From assembly GCF_964188315.1 (NCBI RefSeq), contig NC_135657.1, positions 42,346,001 through 42,410,000 of the forward strand: DNA of 64,000 nt, in the 5' to 3' direction. The stretch comes from Podarcis muralis. Its lineage: Eukaryota. The notes beneath the pieces are model-generated. The model made no database searches. It was given only the letters and a program-made list of their open reading frames with translations, and had not been told where the DNA came from. This document shows positions 25,741 to 39,850 of this stretch, one piece after another. Every line of letters begins with the position of its first letter. Position 1 is the first letter of the stretch. The position numbers and the translations under genes are program-made.

Positions 25741-27801
25741 AAACCATAGTTAATGACAATTTAAAGGTGACAGTGCAGCATGCTGATGCATGCCACTGGA
25801 ACTGTGGGCACTTTGCTGCTCCTGCATTTCTGCTATATTGCTGGGAGCTAAGTCACTTTTTGGTGTAGTGTTATGTCCAAGCCCAGGCTCCTGGTGCTCT
25901 TAGTTTTCTTCTCACAACTAAGTGGCTGTGGAGTGGCAGCCCCCTGGCTATTTCCCCAGGCTATTTCCATCCTCCTAAGAATGCTTGTTGCTGCTGTCCT
26001 GGGGTGACTGTCTGTCATTCCCACTTACCTTCTCCCAATGCATCAGAAGCAGTGCCATTGTGAAAGGTCCTGATTAACCAAGCAGGCAGGCGGCCAGCCT
26101 AGGCCATACTATGTAGTGGGCATTACCAGTGTGCATCGACAGCTCTACTTACATGATACAAACTGCTGCTGCTGCTGCTGCTGCTTCATTGCAGCATTTG
26201 TTTGAGCAGGCATCTGGTAGGCCATTTTGAGGATGGGATGCTGGACTAGATGGGACTTTTGTCTTCAGGGCTCTTGCATTCTTAAGGTGGTGGAGGATTT
26301 ACCTGTATGTGCCACATGGCCTGTCCTGCACCACCTTAGTTAACTTGCTGGTCTCTGCTGCACTAGATGTTGCTGCTGCACTAGATGTTGAAAAGAGATT
26401 AAGCTGCTATTTTCCGTATATGGAAGGGGGAAGTGGTGCCATCTTGTCTTTGCCTCAGGCAACAAAATATCATGGTCCCTCCCTATTCCCTCAAATTCTG
26501 TTTCTTTAATATTATTCATTGTTACCAGGTAGGCAATGACATGCCTGTGTAGTAGTTAGGGTAGCCATTGATTCTCTAATCAACTGGGAAGCTTATCTAA
26601 ATATAAATGAGTTAAAAGCTTTTTGAAACATTTTTTCATGAATGATTCCTATTTATAGTTACGTGAAGACACAAGCTGGGGAAATCCTTGGTTTAAATCT
26701 AAAATTAATGTTTCTGACATTTAGTGGATCTCGCTGCTCCCAAGAAGTGTTCGACTAATATTTTATTTGGGTACCATTTATTGCTCCATGATTTAGTAGT
26801 CTGAGGCAGTGCGGTTGACCGAGGTTGAAGGGGAAAATATATGTGCTGCTGCTGGAGGCCAGAATCTATATTAGAGTTCAGAAATACATTAATCTGCTTT
26901 GTATATAATCTTCATAAATGCTACTGTCAGTTCTCTGACTGGTCTAATTCTTAAGGCAGAGCAGTATCATCCATTTTATTTAGAGCAAGCTGATAGCAAA
27001 GCAATTATCAGCAAGTCATTTGGTTATGAAGATTATTTCATAAGCCAGGGAACCAGAAACAAGTGCACTGTAACAGATTGTGAAAGGGAACTATTCAGAA
27101 TGACCACAAAGTCATTGCAGATGTACAGTGGAGCATCTGTGCAACCTTCAGGCAGTCATTTATATACATTAGTGAAGCCATTGGTCTTAGTTTGAATTTT
27201 TTTGGTGGTATGCTAACACAAAGATTTTTTGTGCCAAATATTATTAAAATCTGTTTTGTACATCTGTCCATAAGATATTGAATTAAATAGCTAAATGTAT
27301 AAGGTGTGTGCATTTCTACTCATTGGAAGTAAGGTCACTATATGAATTTCTAACACAAGTCTTTCACAGAAATACTTTTTTGTTCTTTGTTCTTCCACAG
27401 GCTTTCCTCTTATCAAAACGATTTTCCTTTCCTTACCTAAAAAGAAATTTATACATATTCTTTTCTTGTTGCCGTTGCCTCTATCATTCTTCTCTCCATC
27501 TGTTGTTTCTACCTTTATTGAAATTTAAATTATAGGTCCCTGTCTTTCTTGTTTGCTGCATGTGTTCAGGCATAAAACTAAGCTATATATCCATAATTTT
27601 TAAAAAATAGCCTGCTTTGCCTCCTCCCTTCCTCCAGCAGGGAAACAAACCACTGAGCAGCTCAGTTACCATTATGTGTGAAACAGCAAACTGGTGGCCA
27701 ACCAGATGACTGTGGGAAATCAGGAAGCAGAATATGAGCACAAGAGCACTCTCCCCTCCCATGGTTTCCAGCAACTGGTATTCGGAAACATTGCAAGTCT
27801 G

Positions 27802-27846
27802 CTATTCTATTCTATTCTATTCTATTCTATTCTATTCTATTCTATT
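27802..27846. repeat. (CTATT)9 microsatellite
   Basis: Perfect pentamer run, next to a CR1-like fragment at about 27690-27800. Confidence 0.9.
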
Positions 27847-28018
27847 CACTTCAATTTATGTACTGCAGTGATGGGAAACCTAATGCAATCTGGATGTTGT
27901 TGGACTACAACTCCCAACATCCATGACCAGTGGAGGCCAACGGCATCTAGAGGGCCACAGATTTCCCAGCTCTTATGGTACGGTACACATGAGAGTTCAG
28001 TGTCCTATAAATACATGT

Positions 28019-28061
<43 letters not shown>

Positions 28062-30679
28062 CATCCTTGACAGTGTCTATCCTTTTTCCTTAACAACAGC
28101 AGTAATAGCTCAGTGGCCAAGAATCTTTCCCATTTCCTTTTTTCTTACCCAGTTGTGCTCACCTGTTGTTTGTTCTCGAAATTAAATGCTTCCAAAAGTG
28201 ATATTATGTTGGTATTTCATTAACTCCACGGACCACAGCATGGCTCTTGATTCAGACCATTTTCTTGCAAAATGGATTGTTGGTACTGCTTTGTGAAAAC
28301 CTCTGGTTGGTTCTTCACCCTTGACCAGTGAGCGAAAGCTTGCCATAGCTAATAGAAAATAAAATATCTTTTCTCTCTATTGTGCAGAGCGTAATTCCGT
28401 GGCTGTCAAGCTAAACCAAATAATCTTATTTCACTGAAAACCCACTCTGTAAACTACTGGAGGATGATTAAAGGCCCATGTCTTCTGGGCTCAAGGCAAA
28501 AGGCAATTTGGCTCAGTGATGAACATGTAGTTATTTTTCAAACCTAAAATACAATTTTAACTAAATGTATCTGGAAAAATCTGTCTCAAACATCCAGGAA
28601 CACGCCATGTCAGGTTGGCATTTTCATACCAATTCATACTGTGCTGCAGTGCCTGTGTCTCTTTTGAAGTAACTTCAACACCAACAGCAATTTTTGAAAT
28701 GGAAATGTGCTCACTGATGTGATGTGATTGGACCAACTGAGCAGGAGAGTTATTGACAATCTCTCCTCTTGTGACAGATAACAGTGACACTAACTCCGCT
28801 TCTTAGGATGTATATAGAGAGAGACAGAGACATCAGTGCAGGAGAGGCTGAGAAGCAAAGCTTAGAAGCTGGAAGAAATGCTGCAAATTGGTTTTGCAGT
28901 CAATGATGATTATTAGCCATTCAGTAGAACTTTCCCAATGTCATTTGGCTTGCAATTCTCACACCATTTTGTGTACTGTATGTTGAATACAGTGCAATAT
29001 ATGGTGCCAGAGCAGGAGGTTTGCATTGTGGTACAGGATGGTTTGTATATTTAGTAGGAATAAGTTTGACCTCTCCGGGGTAGACATGCATGCACAACTC
29101 GTCCAACTGAGTTGCTCCATTTACTTCATTAGGCAGTCCAGCTGACAGAGTAATAACATTTGTTCTGAGAGACTTGCCTTTAGATCTTTACTGGGCCATA
29201 GACATGCTGAGTGGCTTGCGGAAGCTGCTTCTTTTCCATCCTTGGTTTTCTGTCTGTAAATTGAAATATTAGTAATGGTTTTCCATTCCAGGAATGAGAA
29301 ATCTCAGGCACAGGGCAGAATGTGTCCCTCCACCCTACGTAGCCTTTAGGTGTCTCTCTAGGCCTCAACCTCATCCCATGCTAGCTAGGCTTGCTCCACC
29401 ACCTCCTTGAGTGCTTAACTGTGACTGCTTCATGCGGGCCAGGATGGAGTTGAGCATGTTATGTATAGATACCCCTGACTTTTGCAGGCCTGGAATGTCA
29501 TATCCATTACTGGATATGCCCATTTTTTGCTTCTGGTGCTGCCCATTCCTAGCATGCAACCCGTGAAGGTTGCTCATGGGGGAATGTGACATTTGGACTG
29601 AAAAATGTCCACCATCCCACCTCTATTCCATTATGAAGGTATTCCATATTCTTCATGTTCTGGGATAATCAATAAAACCAAGGAAACGTCATCCTTCTCA
29701 GTCATTGGAATCCAAATCGATCAATAAATATAGGCCTAAATTCACAACAGTTAGGCATGGTTAAGCCTATTGACCTCCAGTGGACTTAAACAGTTACCTG
29801 TGTTGGATTTAGGCCATATATGAATTGTTCTGTTATTTATTGATCAATTTCCTTCAGGCTTGTAAATATGGTCATATATGGAAATTTCATCTGTAAAACA
29901 GAAATTATAAATATCTATTTCTTTAACAGAATTGTTGATTAATGGTTGCAAAATATTCTTTTCAGCCTTAGTATATCAGGATGGCACAAGAAAGAAAAAT
30001 GTGAGAAGAGGAACCAGATTAGATTCTGAAGAGAAAAGATCGTACACATTAGAAATTTAGTAAAACTGAAACATCTTTATATTTCACATAAATGTCCAGA
30101 TCCTGAAGTTGTTTACTCTTAGATAAGTTGCATTGATTTTAATAAGGGCTCTATATATCCAAACTAGTATATTTAAGTATTGCAGAGTTCATTAAAATTC
30201 TAATTTAAGATTCTATTTGTTTTGTATAATCTTTAGATGTTGCAAAAATGTGAGACTTTTTTCTGAATTGAGAGCAATGGTGGGAAGCCTTCTCTGTGTG
30301 TGGTTATCCAGCAATCTTTATTTCTTCTACAAAATTCCAAGTGTCTTGACAACATCACAACCCTGCCATCAATAGAACAAATCAACAACAGGCAAAATTA
30401 TAGCAAACTAAGCTGTCAATTGACAGGCATATCCCCAGCTATAGAAAAAAGACGGAAAACAATGTGTTTTGATTCTGTTTTAATTGGAGCAGCCTAGATA
30501 AGCCAGCTTTCCAAAAATATGTATGACAAGCTGGCAGTTATATTTTGAGTCTGCTACTGTTTACATAGAAACCTACCTTCCCAGCCTTGCAGATGAGTCT
30601 TTCTAGAAGTCGGGCTTTTTGCAGGTAGAAATTTTTACTTTTAACAGCTGTAAAACAGGCAAAAACGCAACATGATATA

Positions 30680-30939
30680 CAGTGGTACCTCTGGTTGCGA
30701 ACGGGCTCCATTCTGGAGGTCCGTTTGCAACATGAAAAGGGCACAGCCCGCAGCGGCGCATCTGTGCACACGCAGGTTGCGATTCGCCGCTTCTGCACAT
30801 GCGCGTGATGTCATTTTGCGCTTCTGCGCATGCGTGAGTGGCGAAACCTGGAAGTAACCCTTTCCAGTGCTTCCGTGTTGCCGCGGGACGTAACATGAAA
30901 GAACGTAACATGAAGCAAGCGTAACATGAGGTATGACTG
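30680..30939 (+). mobile_element. Tc1/mariner MITE, family C (CpG-rich)
   Basis: TA|CAGTGGTACCTC..GAGGTATGACTG|TA; internal GCGCATGCG repeats shared with 39322 and 53416. Confidence 0.85.
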
Positions 30940-31929
30940 TACTGGAGATTTCAGCTGTTGAATTTCTGTCTCCTAGAGCTGTTAAAAACAATGGGTTGGA
31001 TTGAAAATTGCCTAACTAAAAGAGGAGGCGATACAAGTTGGTATGTTAGGTGCCCTGAGAAATGGTTCATAAGAAAGTAGAATGCTTGGGTAAGTGAGCC
31101 AATCACATTCCCAGAGCAGCAAGTGAGGATGTTTGGACAGCACCTGGACAGCGGATATCCAGTGCAGAGAGTGAAAGGGAGACTTTTATTGAGTCAAAGA
31201 GGGGAAATGATATAGCGAGGGTTAAAAAGTATTAGAAATATGTGGAAAACACTTTTCAACGCAAAGCATTTACGATTGTTAAAGACTATTGTGGTTTAAG
31301 CCATTTATTATTATTTTTTTAAAAAAATACACGGTGAAGAAGCACATATGGGAGGAAGACAAAGGCTGTTTGTTGACAGTGCTTACTTGGCTAAGTAAAA
31401 GTGGCATGCGAGGGCAAGCAATTCCCTGAGTTATTCATTCTAAAGGTGCGGTTGGTCTGTAGTTAAAACATCAACAGGGTTCTAACTGTGGTTGCATATG
31501 TGTACCTTTGTTCTGCTAGGTGGGTTGATTAGGGTTTTCTTTTTTAACATGTTTGATAGTGTGAAAAAAGAACATTCAGCAAGTATATGATCAATTTATA
31601 ATTTTTACCATGGGATGTCACTAGAGTGCAGATAGAGATGAACATGTTAAATTGCTATCTTAAGGATTTGTTTAGCTTGCTCATTAAAAATACAAGCAAA
31701 CAACCCTTCATTAAAGCATGAATGCATATTGTAGGGATGGAATTCAACACTATAGGAAGTTGAATAATTTTATATTACATTTTTTTATTCATTTCTCCTT
31801 CATTTTTGTGATAATTGAGTTTTTGTTGATGTTAGTCTTATCTAAAGTATTTTTCCCCACGTTGTAAGCCACCTTGAGCATGGTTTGAACTGTGGAAAGG
31901 TAGCATACAAATAAAATTAGGTATGTATG

Positions 31930-32351
31930 TGTCAGATGGCAATGGTGGTTGCTCGTGAGTAACCAGTCAGGACACCGACCTGTCTTTTACAGGTTTTAGT
32001 TTGGTGCAAAACTATTTACAGTGCAGAACCACAAGTTCATGTCTGCCTCAATCGCTAGCAGAATCCGGGAGTGGTTGTTTCCGGGTCCTCCCTCAACATA
32101 AGAGCTTAGTCACCCCCAGCCTTTTCCTTCCTTCTTTGCATTTTACACCTCTGCGCAGGGCGGGTAACGGAAGAGACGTGCTTCCCTCCTGGCTGGCTTG
32201 GGCAGGAGCGGTGCTGAGGCTCTGAGCAGCATCCTCTGGTCCCTTCCCCTCTTCCCCACTGGAGGAACTGCTTCTCAAGATTTTCGGAGGTTCCCTGTAA
32301 CCCAACTGCCCCTCTGCTTCCCTACCCTGTTCCGATGGCAGTACCCTGACA
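31930..32351 (-). mobile_element. Solo LTR, Gypsy-like (422 bp)
   Basis: Termini TGTCAG..CTGACA; TSD gtatg at 31925-31929 and 32352-32356; no internal coding region. Superfamily assignment is inference. Confidence 0.75.
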
Positions 32352-32924
32352 GTATGTATGTAAAGTAATGTGCAGATGAATTTGGATAAGATGTTTTGGC
32401 ATGTTCAGTTACAAGTTAGTGTGTTGTGTACGTTGATGAAAGCTTTTGATTCAACTCTTGCTTGCTTTTGGATTGCACCCAGCAATGTGATTTCTGGATC
32501 CACCGAGCCATCAATGAAGACCCGCTTAGCTGGGTATGCATGTATATTCATCACTTAACTGCATTATCAAACCATTACTTCCATGTGGGAATGGCTCACC
32601 GCAAGGAAAGTGAACTTTAATTTCATCTTGCCTCATGTCAAAGACAATATTTTTTTAATGGAGTCAGTTGACGCATTCAGCTACCCATCTCTAACGGAGC
32701 TGGCCAGAGGTCGAACAATGTGGTTCAGGCAAGACACAGTATTCACATGTAGTAAAGGAGGGTAGGAGGAGCCATGGAGGGGAGATGTGCGTCTTGGGAT
32801 CCTGGGTTGTCCTGCTGAACACTGATGGGTGTTGTTTTGTGTTTGGAGTCCTGAGGCAGGGCTGCCTGCTATAGGCACAGAAGCATTAGAATTCTGTTGA
32901 GGTTCCTGTTTGTGTTCTGGAGGC

Positions 32925-33374
32925 TGTTTTGTATAATTGCCAGGAGGTCCTACACACGAGTAGGAGTCTGGCAGAGACACATGCCCAACTGGCATGTTCT
33001 CTCCCTTCTGGTCGTTCATTCGGGAGATTCAAAATCTTTCTCCAGCCTGAACATCACAGCGGCTGATACCTTAGAGGCATCAGCACACTTCAGGATCAGC
33101 AGAGTATAGGCAGTCAGCGTACAGACTCAGTAGCGCAGCATTTGGCTAAACTACGTTTATTTTCATATAGACATTCGGAGCATCGTAACTCAGCTCCTTC
33201 CTCTTCAGCATCAGACAGCAAAGAGAAAGAACAAAGGACAAACGTCCTACATCACAGAAACACAGCAATACAAACATCCTGTCTCCATGACTTCCCACAA
33301 TGTGGAATGAAAACATACACTGTCATGTGATAAAAACAATCCCATGACTGCAACACGGGAAAAGAATCCTAACA
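32925..33374 (-). mobile_element. Probable solo LTR of a second family (450 bp)
   Basis: Termini TGTT..AACA; flanks gaggc / gaagc (5-bp TSD with one mismatch); AATAAA on the minus strand. Confidence 0.55.
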
Positions 33375-35969
33375 GAAGCGCTCTCTTTGGATGCAATGTG
33401 TCCTTTCTCCATAGTTCATGGCAATGTGGATGGGCAGCTTGCTTAATATTCTATTCTTCCCTCCTACTGAAGTCCATGGGAGGGAAATAGCATGTGCCAG
33501 ATCTACTGTAGGCCTGGTGTGAAGTTGCCCTGTTGACAGGTGTGGTCACAGATGGAAGGGGTATGCAATATAATGCAACTATATTCCTTTCCTGTGCCAC
33601 CCATGACTTGCTTTCAGCTTTTCTGCTTCTGTATTGCAGTCATGCTTCTGCCTAATCGTGTTGACTATCATCTGGCAGGTTTCTAGCACAGGAACCATAT
33701 TTATTCAAGGAAAATAATAAAAACAAAACAAAGATCAAAATCTGTGTGCAGTCATTTCACCCAGTTACTGGGTTAATTCCCATTAAAATTGGCATATCAA
33801 AAAGACAATTTATTCCAGGTTCTCACCAAATCCTGTCTGAACTGAAATAACCTTAAATATGTATGATTTTCAAATAAGGAAAAAGGAAAAAGCCTCCAGG
33901 TTCCTAATGAATACCCATGATGGCAAGGCATAGTAGACCAAGTGTGATAAGAAGCTTTATCCACAGCAATAATTCAGGAGCCTGAAAAATGCATAATTTA
34001 TAGATCAAAATATTCTCTAGTTACTAGTTAAAACTGACAAACCAGTATCAGTTGTCAGATACTGATTTTTGCTACTCAACTGATCATTGGCTTCTTCCTT
34101 CTCATTAATGTAAACATGGATATATTCGTGGGATTCATTGGGAGCTACTGGATAAGTGCCATGAGATTTCTGTTGATTTCTATATATAAAATGTAAAAAA
34201 AGAGGCTTCAACATTACAGTTCCATTTGAAGTCAAATGCTAGCATTGCTGCACACAAAAAGGAATGTGTATTGAAAGTATGGGAAATTGTACTGTTTCAA
34301 CCATCTACTCCAGGAATTATTGATGCTCTGCTTCAGTAGTGGTGTGAAACTTACTCTTCATTATACGGATAGGTGCACTGTAATACCATACTCTATTTAA
34401 TATAGATTTGTTTATTTGTTTGTTTACCCTATGATTATTCTTGCATCTGTGCTTGATTTCCTCTCTGGTTGGCGCAACTGAAGTTTGACCTTGTCCACAT
34501 AATCTAAAACTGGTTTACTGTCCTAACTCAGTTGTAACAGATGAATGCTTTGCAACCGCTGTAATTATAACCTGTACAAGGAAGGCAAGCAGAGCGGAAA
34601 TGGACAAGGGTTCAAAGATGGCAAGACTTACATTGGCTTGCTTCCCAGGCAGCACTTGAACTGATGACTTAAGGAATGGCAGTCAGGGATTAGGCAGAAA
34701 TTTATGCTGGCTAGAGGGGAAAACTAAGGAGATTAGCCAAGGAAAACTCCTTGCACCAATAGGCTACAGTGTGCCAGCTAATAAATCCTGAACTGCATTA
34801 AGGCTTTTGCCTCTAGCTTCCTTGCTGATCTGACTAAAACGGATACCTTCATTTACTGCAGGCACGCCTTTGCCCTTTCTCCTTCCTTCAGTGGATAGGA
34901 CCTGGGTCTGGCATCAGAGGATTCTAGGTAGGCCGTTCTGGCAATACTGCAGCACAATAATAGAATGGCATTTTACTTGCAGGTCTTCAACTGGACACAA
35001 AGGCCAAATTTGGGATATAAAACAAGTAAGCAAATAGATAATTAAATGCTGCAATGCTTAATTACCTAGAACTGGGTTGGGGGACCTGTTGCCATCTAAA
35101 CGTTATTGGACTCCTAATTCTCATTAGCCCCAGCCAGCATGGGCAATGGCCTGGGGTGATGGGAGTTGTAGTCCAACAATATCTGGAGGGCCACAGGTTT
35201 CCCATCCCAGATCAGGTAGAATGGGTACCATAAGAACCTTTTGTGAGCGCCAATATAACCTTGAAAGGCACTTTGAAGCAACACCCCCCCCAAAGTGAAG
35301 GCTAACCTAAAAAGTAAATTGACAGAAATGATACTTTTTTTTCTTAAAGTAACTCTATGGTCTGCTCTGCATTTATCCAATTTGCCCAAGGCTTTGTTTT
35401 ACTTACAGAAGTCACTTATCCGCAGATTTTTTTTAGTCTCAAAGGTTTTGAAAGCAGCATACCATCATCCCAAGGTTACATGTGAAGAGGAGAGATAAGG
35501 AGATATTAATTGTTTGAACTTACCCTGACTAGAAGGATATGGGTAGGTGGGGGCAGGGACAGCAAACAGAAAAGGTTTGTCATGTTTTCACTGAATGCCT
35601 GCTGTGAATCTAACCCTCTGCAAGTCAAAGAGCAGAATAATAATTGCATGTTGGTTCATGCACAGATTCAGCAACTCTGACAACCATGTCTTGTGACGTC
35701 AGTCTTGATTTTAACACAATTGTTTCCAACAGAAAGTGTTGCAAAAGGGATTGTAAAGTAACATAAACATAAAAGTTCTGCATTGACAGAAGATTTTAGA
35801 TACATCAGGGTGGTGCCTTGTATCAGAACATTGAGCTGTTTAAATATTTGCTTTAATGCCCAGTCTTCCTTAGCCCTGCATCATGAATCAGCAGAGAAAG
35901 CATGAACTAGAGGCTACAATGTGGATTTTTCTAAGTGAGAGCATTCCAGGTTTTGAATTCCCACTAAGC

Positions 35970-36578
35970 ATCCTAAGTGATGTATGGAAGTGAGAGCTGG
36001 ACCATAAAGAAGGCTGATCGCCAAAGAATTGATGCTTTTGAATTATGGTGCTGGAGGAGACTCTTGAGAGTCCCATGGACTGCAAGAAGATCAAACGCAT
36101 CCATTCTTAAGGAAATCAGACCTGAGTGCTCACTGGAAGGACAGATCGTGAAGTTGAGGCTCCAATACTTTGGACACCTCATGAGAAGAGAAGACTCCCT
36201 GTAAAAGACCCTGATGTTGGGAAAGATGGAGGGCACAAGGAGAAGGGGACGACAGAGGATGAGATGGTTGGATAGTGTTCTCGAAGCTACAAACATGAGC
36301 CTGACCAAACTCTGGTCCATGGGGTCACGAAGAGTCGGACACGACTAAACGACTAAACAACAACAACAAAAGCTACTTTGGCCACCTCATGAGAAGAGAA
36401 GACTCCCTGGAAAAGACCCTGATGTTGAGAAAGATGGAGGGCACAAGGAGAAGGGGACGACAGAGGATGAGATGGTTGGATAGTGTTCTCGAAGCTACAA
36501 ACATGAGCCTGACCAAACTCTGGTCCATGGGGTCACGAAGAGTCGGACACGACTAAACGACTAAACAACAACAACAAA
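35970..36578 (+). mobile_element. RTE-BovB LINE 3' fragment with tandemly duplicated tail
   Basis: Encodes MYGSESWTIKKADRQRIDAFELWCWRRLLRVPWTARRSN..LQYFGHLMRREDSL, the canonical RTE/BovB C-terminus; (CAA)n tail; 208-bp duplication. Confidence 0.93.
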
Positions 36579-36706
36579 AGCTACGAAACTCAATGAGTGG
36601 CCTTGCTCAAATAATCCCCTCTCTTTCAGGGCCACAGTCAACACATTGCTGCCAATATAAGTGACAGCCACAGATCTAGTTCCTCTCCCTCCTTCCATAA
36701 CATCTA

Positions 36707-36948
36707 CAGTGGTACCTTGGGTTAAGTACTTAATTCGTTCCGGAGGTCCGTACTTAACCTGAAACTGTTCTTAACCTGAAGCACCACTTTAGCTAATGGG
36801 GCCTCCTCCTGCTGCTGCGCCGCCCGAGCACGATTTCTGTTCTCATCCTGAAGCAAAGTTCTTAACCTGAAGCACTATTTCTGGGTTAGCGGAGTCTGTA
36901 ACCTGAAGCGTATGTAACCTGAAGTGTATGTAACCTGAGGTACCACTG
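36707..36948 (-). mobile_element. Tc1/mariner MITE, family A (inverted relative to 14622 and 24266)
   Basis: TIRs and TA TSD; the body is the reverse complement of 24266-24507. Confidence 0.9.
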
Positions 36949-38919
36949 TAGTAGAATTTGTCTGGTGTTGTTACACTATAGAGTTGTTGGTTTCACTCCC
37001 CCTGTTAGCAGCAGCCAGTGTAGGACAGTGGTTAAAGAACTGCAAAACCTTGTGCTACCCTGACCAGAGGTAAATTAACCCAGATGTTACAACTAGCTGC
37101 ACAGCTGTTGTGTTTTGGAGTTTGGTCCCTGGGCTTCTTGGGGTGCGGTGTAAAATTCTGCCCTGGCTGCTTTGGAGGAAAGGTGGGAAACGCAGGAAAC
37201 AAATATAACCTGATGACAGTGGCACTATACTAATGGTGTGCATTGGCACAAACTTTTGTGTCACTTCGCTCTGTTTCTGTGCTGTATTTCCATGATATCA
37301 CTATGTTCCTCTTGGACCTTGGGCTTTTCAAGAAGTAAGGATACCCCAAATGTTGCCTGCAGAGCACTGCACAGCTCTATATTGCTTTTTAGTTCTATAG
37401 CACAGCTGTGGAAGCTTTATTTTTAAAGTTAAAACTTTCATTTGAGGTTTTTTTAAAAAATCCCTATATCGCTCTGCTCTTTAGAAAAGAAAATCCAAAA
37501 CCCACAGACCAACCCTGAGCTCTTCAGAACTCTGCAGGCAGCAGTCTAGGCAGTCTCGTATTGTTAGGCCTATTGGTCAGTTGGAGGACACAACCAACCA
37601 CTAGATAGAAAGGCTGATGTGAAGCTGCAAAATTACACAAACACACAAATACGTACCACCTCTTAATTAAGGTCAGAAAGAGACAGACCCCAGTTCCAAG
37701 GCATTGTGAAAGAAAGAAAGTCCCTATTACTTCCCCCACAAAAAGCCCCTGAACCCATTTGACCGCAATTTGGCAGGCTTAATCTATTCTGGAGGAGCTA
37801 TGGAGTGAAAGTGCATTTCATCCATATTGGTCAAAAGGAGTTATAGCTGTTTTTTGATTCCTCTTTATAGTGAATGGGGGAACACAGAGCTTTGTTTTAT
37901 ATGGAGCAGCTCAGAACATGAAACACAGATTGCAGCTGAGAGGCTACAGAGCGAGTGAGAAACAGAGCAGCTTTTTTTAAAAAAAACACACACACAGAGA
38001 TACAAGGCACATCCTTACAGTGCTGGGGACAAATGGTACACAGGGCCATCACCTTATAGCCTTGTTTGGAAGCTTGTAGAGACATCTGATTGAGGCATTT
38101 TTTGAAAATGGAAAGCTCCGATAGTTGGGCCTTGATCCAAACCAAGTTGCCGTTTCTTATGTAAAGCTCCGACAGTATTGTTGAAAAATGTCTTTGTATG
38201 GAAATGGAGAGCCCTGTGTTTTTATAAAGACTGCATTCGCATAATTACTGCAGTTCACAGAGTGCATGGACCAAAACCTATTGAAATATGCTGCAGGCAT
38301 GCCATTGATTCAACAGGGCTTTGGATTAGACCCTCAGAATCGTAACTCATGCCGTGACCTGTCTTCTTTTCAGTATTGATGCATTGTTGCTGAACTCTTA
38401 CACACCTCAACTTATTTCAAAGTCCTGAATAGCTCCTCAAACTCCTGTTGTTCTTTTATCTTCGCTGTGTGCTTGAACTGTTAGTACAGTGAAAAGAAAG
38501 GTTAGGCATGCACAGAGGAGAAAAATGACTCGTAGGTAGGTAGTTTCCAAGGCCAGCCTGGCCTCTAGCAGTGAGCGTAATAGACACAGGGATGTGCTGA
38601 TGTTTTTGTGATGACTGATAACGCAGAGCAGTGGGACATCTGAAGGAGCAACGTGACAATATGCAGACTGAAAAAACAACAACTGGGGAAAGGACCTTGA
38701 AAGATCACTTATACTATACACTGAAAGAAAATTTGCTTGTTCACCATCTTAGCCAGACCACTGCACAAATGATCCTGGCTATTCTCTAATATCATCAAAA
38801 CAGGATGCAGAAGAAAACCGTGGATAAAATAAAAACCGGAACTTGGATAATTATACTTTACCTAAAATATGTTGCTTATTTGACACATGGGACAGTAAAG
38901 GTCATGGCCCTCCACAAAA

Positions 38920-39172
38920 GAAGAGTTTGGAAGAGTTTGGATTTGATATCCCGCCTTTCACTCCCTTTAAGGAGTCTCAAAGCGGCTAACATTCTCCTTT
39001 CCCTTCCTCCCCCACAACAAACACTCTGTGAGGTGAGTGGGGCTGAGAGACTTCAGAGAAGTGAGACTAGCCCAAGGTCACCCAGCAGCTGCATGTGCAG
39101 GAGCGGAGATGCGAACCCGGTTCCCCAGATTACGAGTCTACCGCTCTTAACCACTACACCACACTGGCTCTC
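38920..39172 (-). mobile_element. Squam3-like SINE, full length
   Basis: Reverse complement of the 11420 copy. Confidence 0.85.
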
Positions 39173-39321
39173 AAAAGCCCCAAACATTTGCACCTAAGCT
39201 CTACTAAGCTGTTGATGCTTGTAGCTAGCTGCCTGGAGGCCTAGCTCCACAGTTATGGGTGAGCCAAGTCCTGAGCTGCCAGGGGGTTGCAGGTCGTGGG
39301 CCACTGGGTGAGTTTCACATA

Positions 39322-39512
39322 CAGTCATACCTCGAGTTGAATGTGCTTCGTTTTGAGCGTGTTCGAGTAACGGAGCGCGTTACTTCCGGGTTTTGCCGCT
39401 CATGCATGCGCAGGCGCTTAAAATGACTTCACGTGCATGCGCGGAAGCGGCAAAATGCGACCCGCGCATGCGCAGACATGCTGTCGCGTTTTGCGTTCCC
39501 GAGGTACCACTT
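39322..39512 (-). mobile_element. Tc1/mariner MITE, family C, shorter inverted copy
   Basis: TA|CAGTCATACCTCGAG..CCCGAGGTACCACT; shares GCGCATGCGC motifs with the other family C copies. Confidence 0.75.
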
Positions 39513-39529
39513 TATAGCTTTATACAAAC

Positions 39530-39850
39530 ATAACAACCACCCTGATGGCTCGGGCCAAAGGTCTTGCCTATTGTAGTAGTCTGTTTCCCACCATGACCAG
39601 CAAAAAGCTTCCAGGAAGCCCCCTCTCTGCAACAAGCCTTGGAAGCATCAACCCTCTTCTTTTTTGTTTCCCAGCAGCTGGTGTCGAGTGGCATTCTCTC
39701 CCTGAACATGGAGGTTAGATATAGCCACCATGACAGCCTTTAATAGATCTTTGTTTCATGAGTTTCTCTTACTCCCTTTTAAAGCCTTCTTACGTTATTG
39801 GCCATCTCCACATACCGTGTCAGTGAAAGTTTTGCTTTCTGTTACGAAGT
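39530..39850 (-). mobile_element. Degenerate CR1 3' fragment
   Basis: Recognisable but decayed motifs (cagcagctggt..ctgaacatggaggt..ccctttttaaagcc..ggccatc). Confidence 0.5.
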
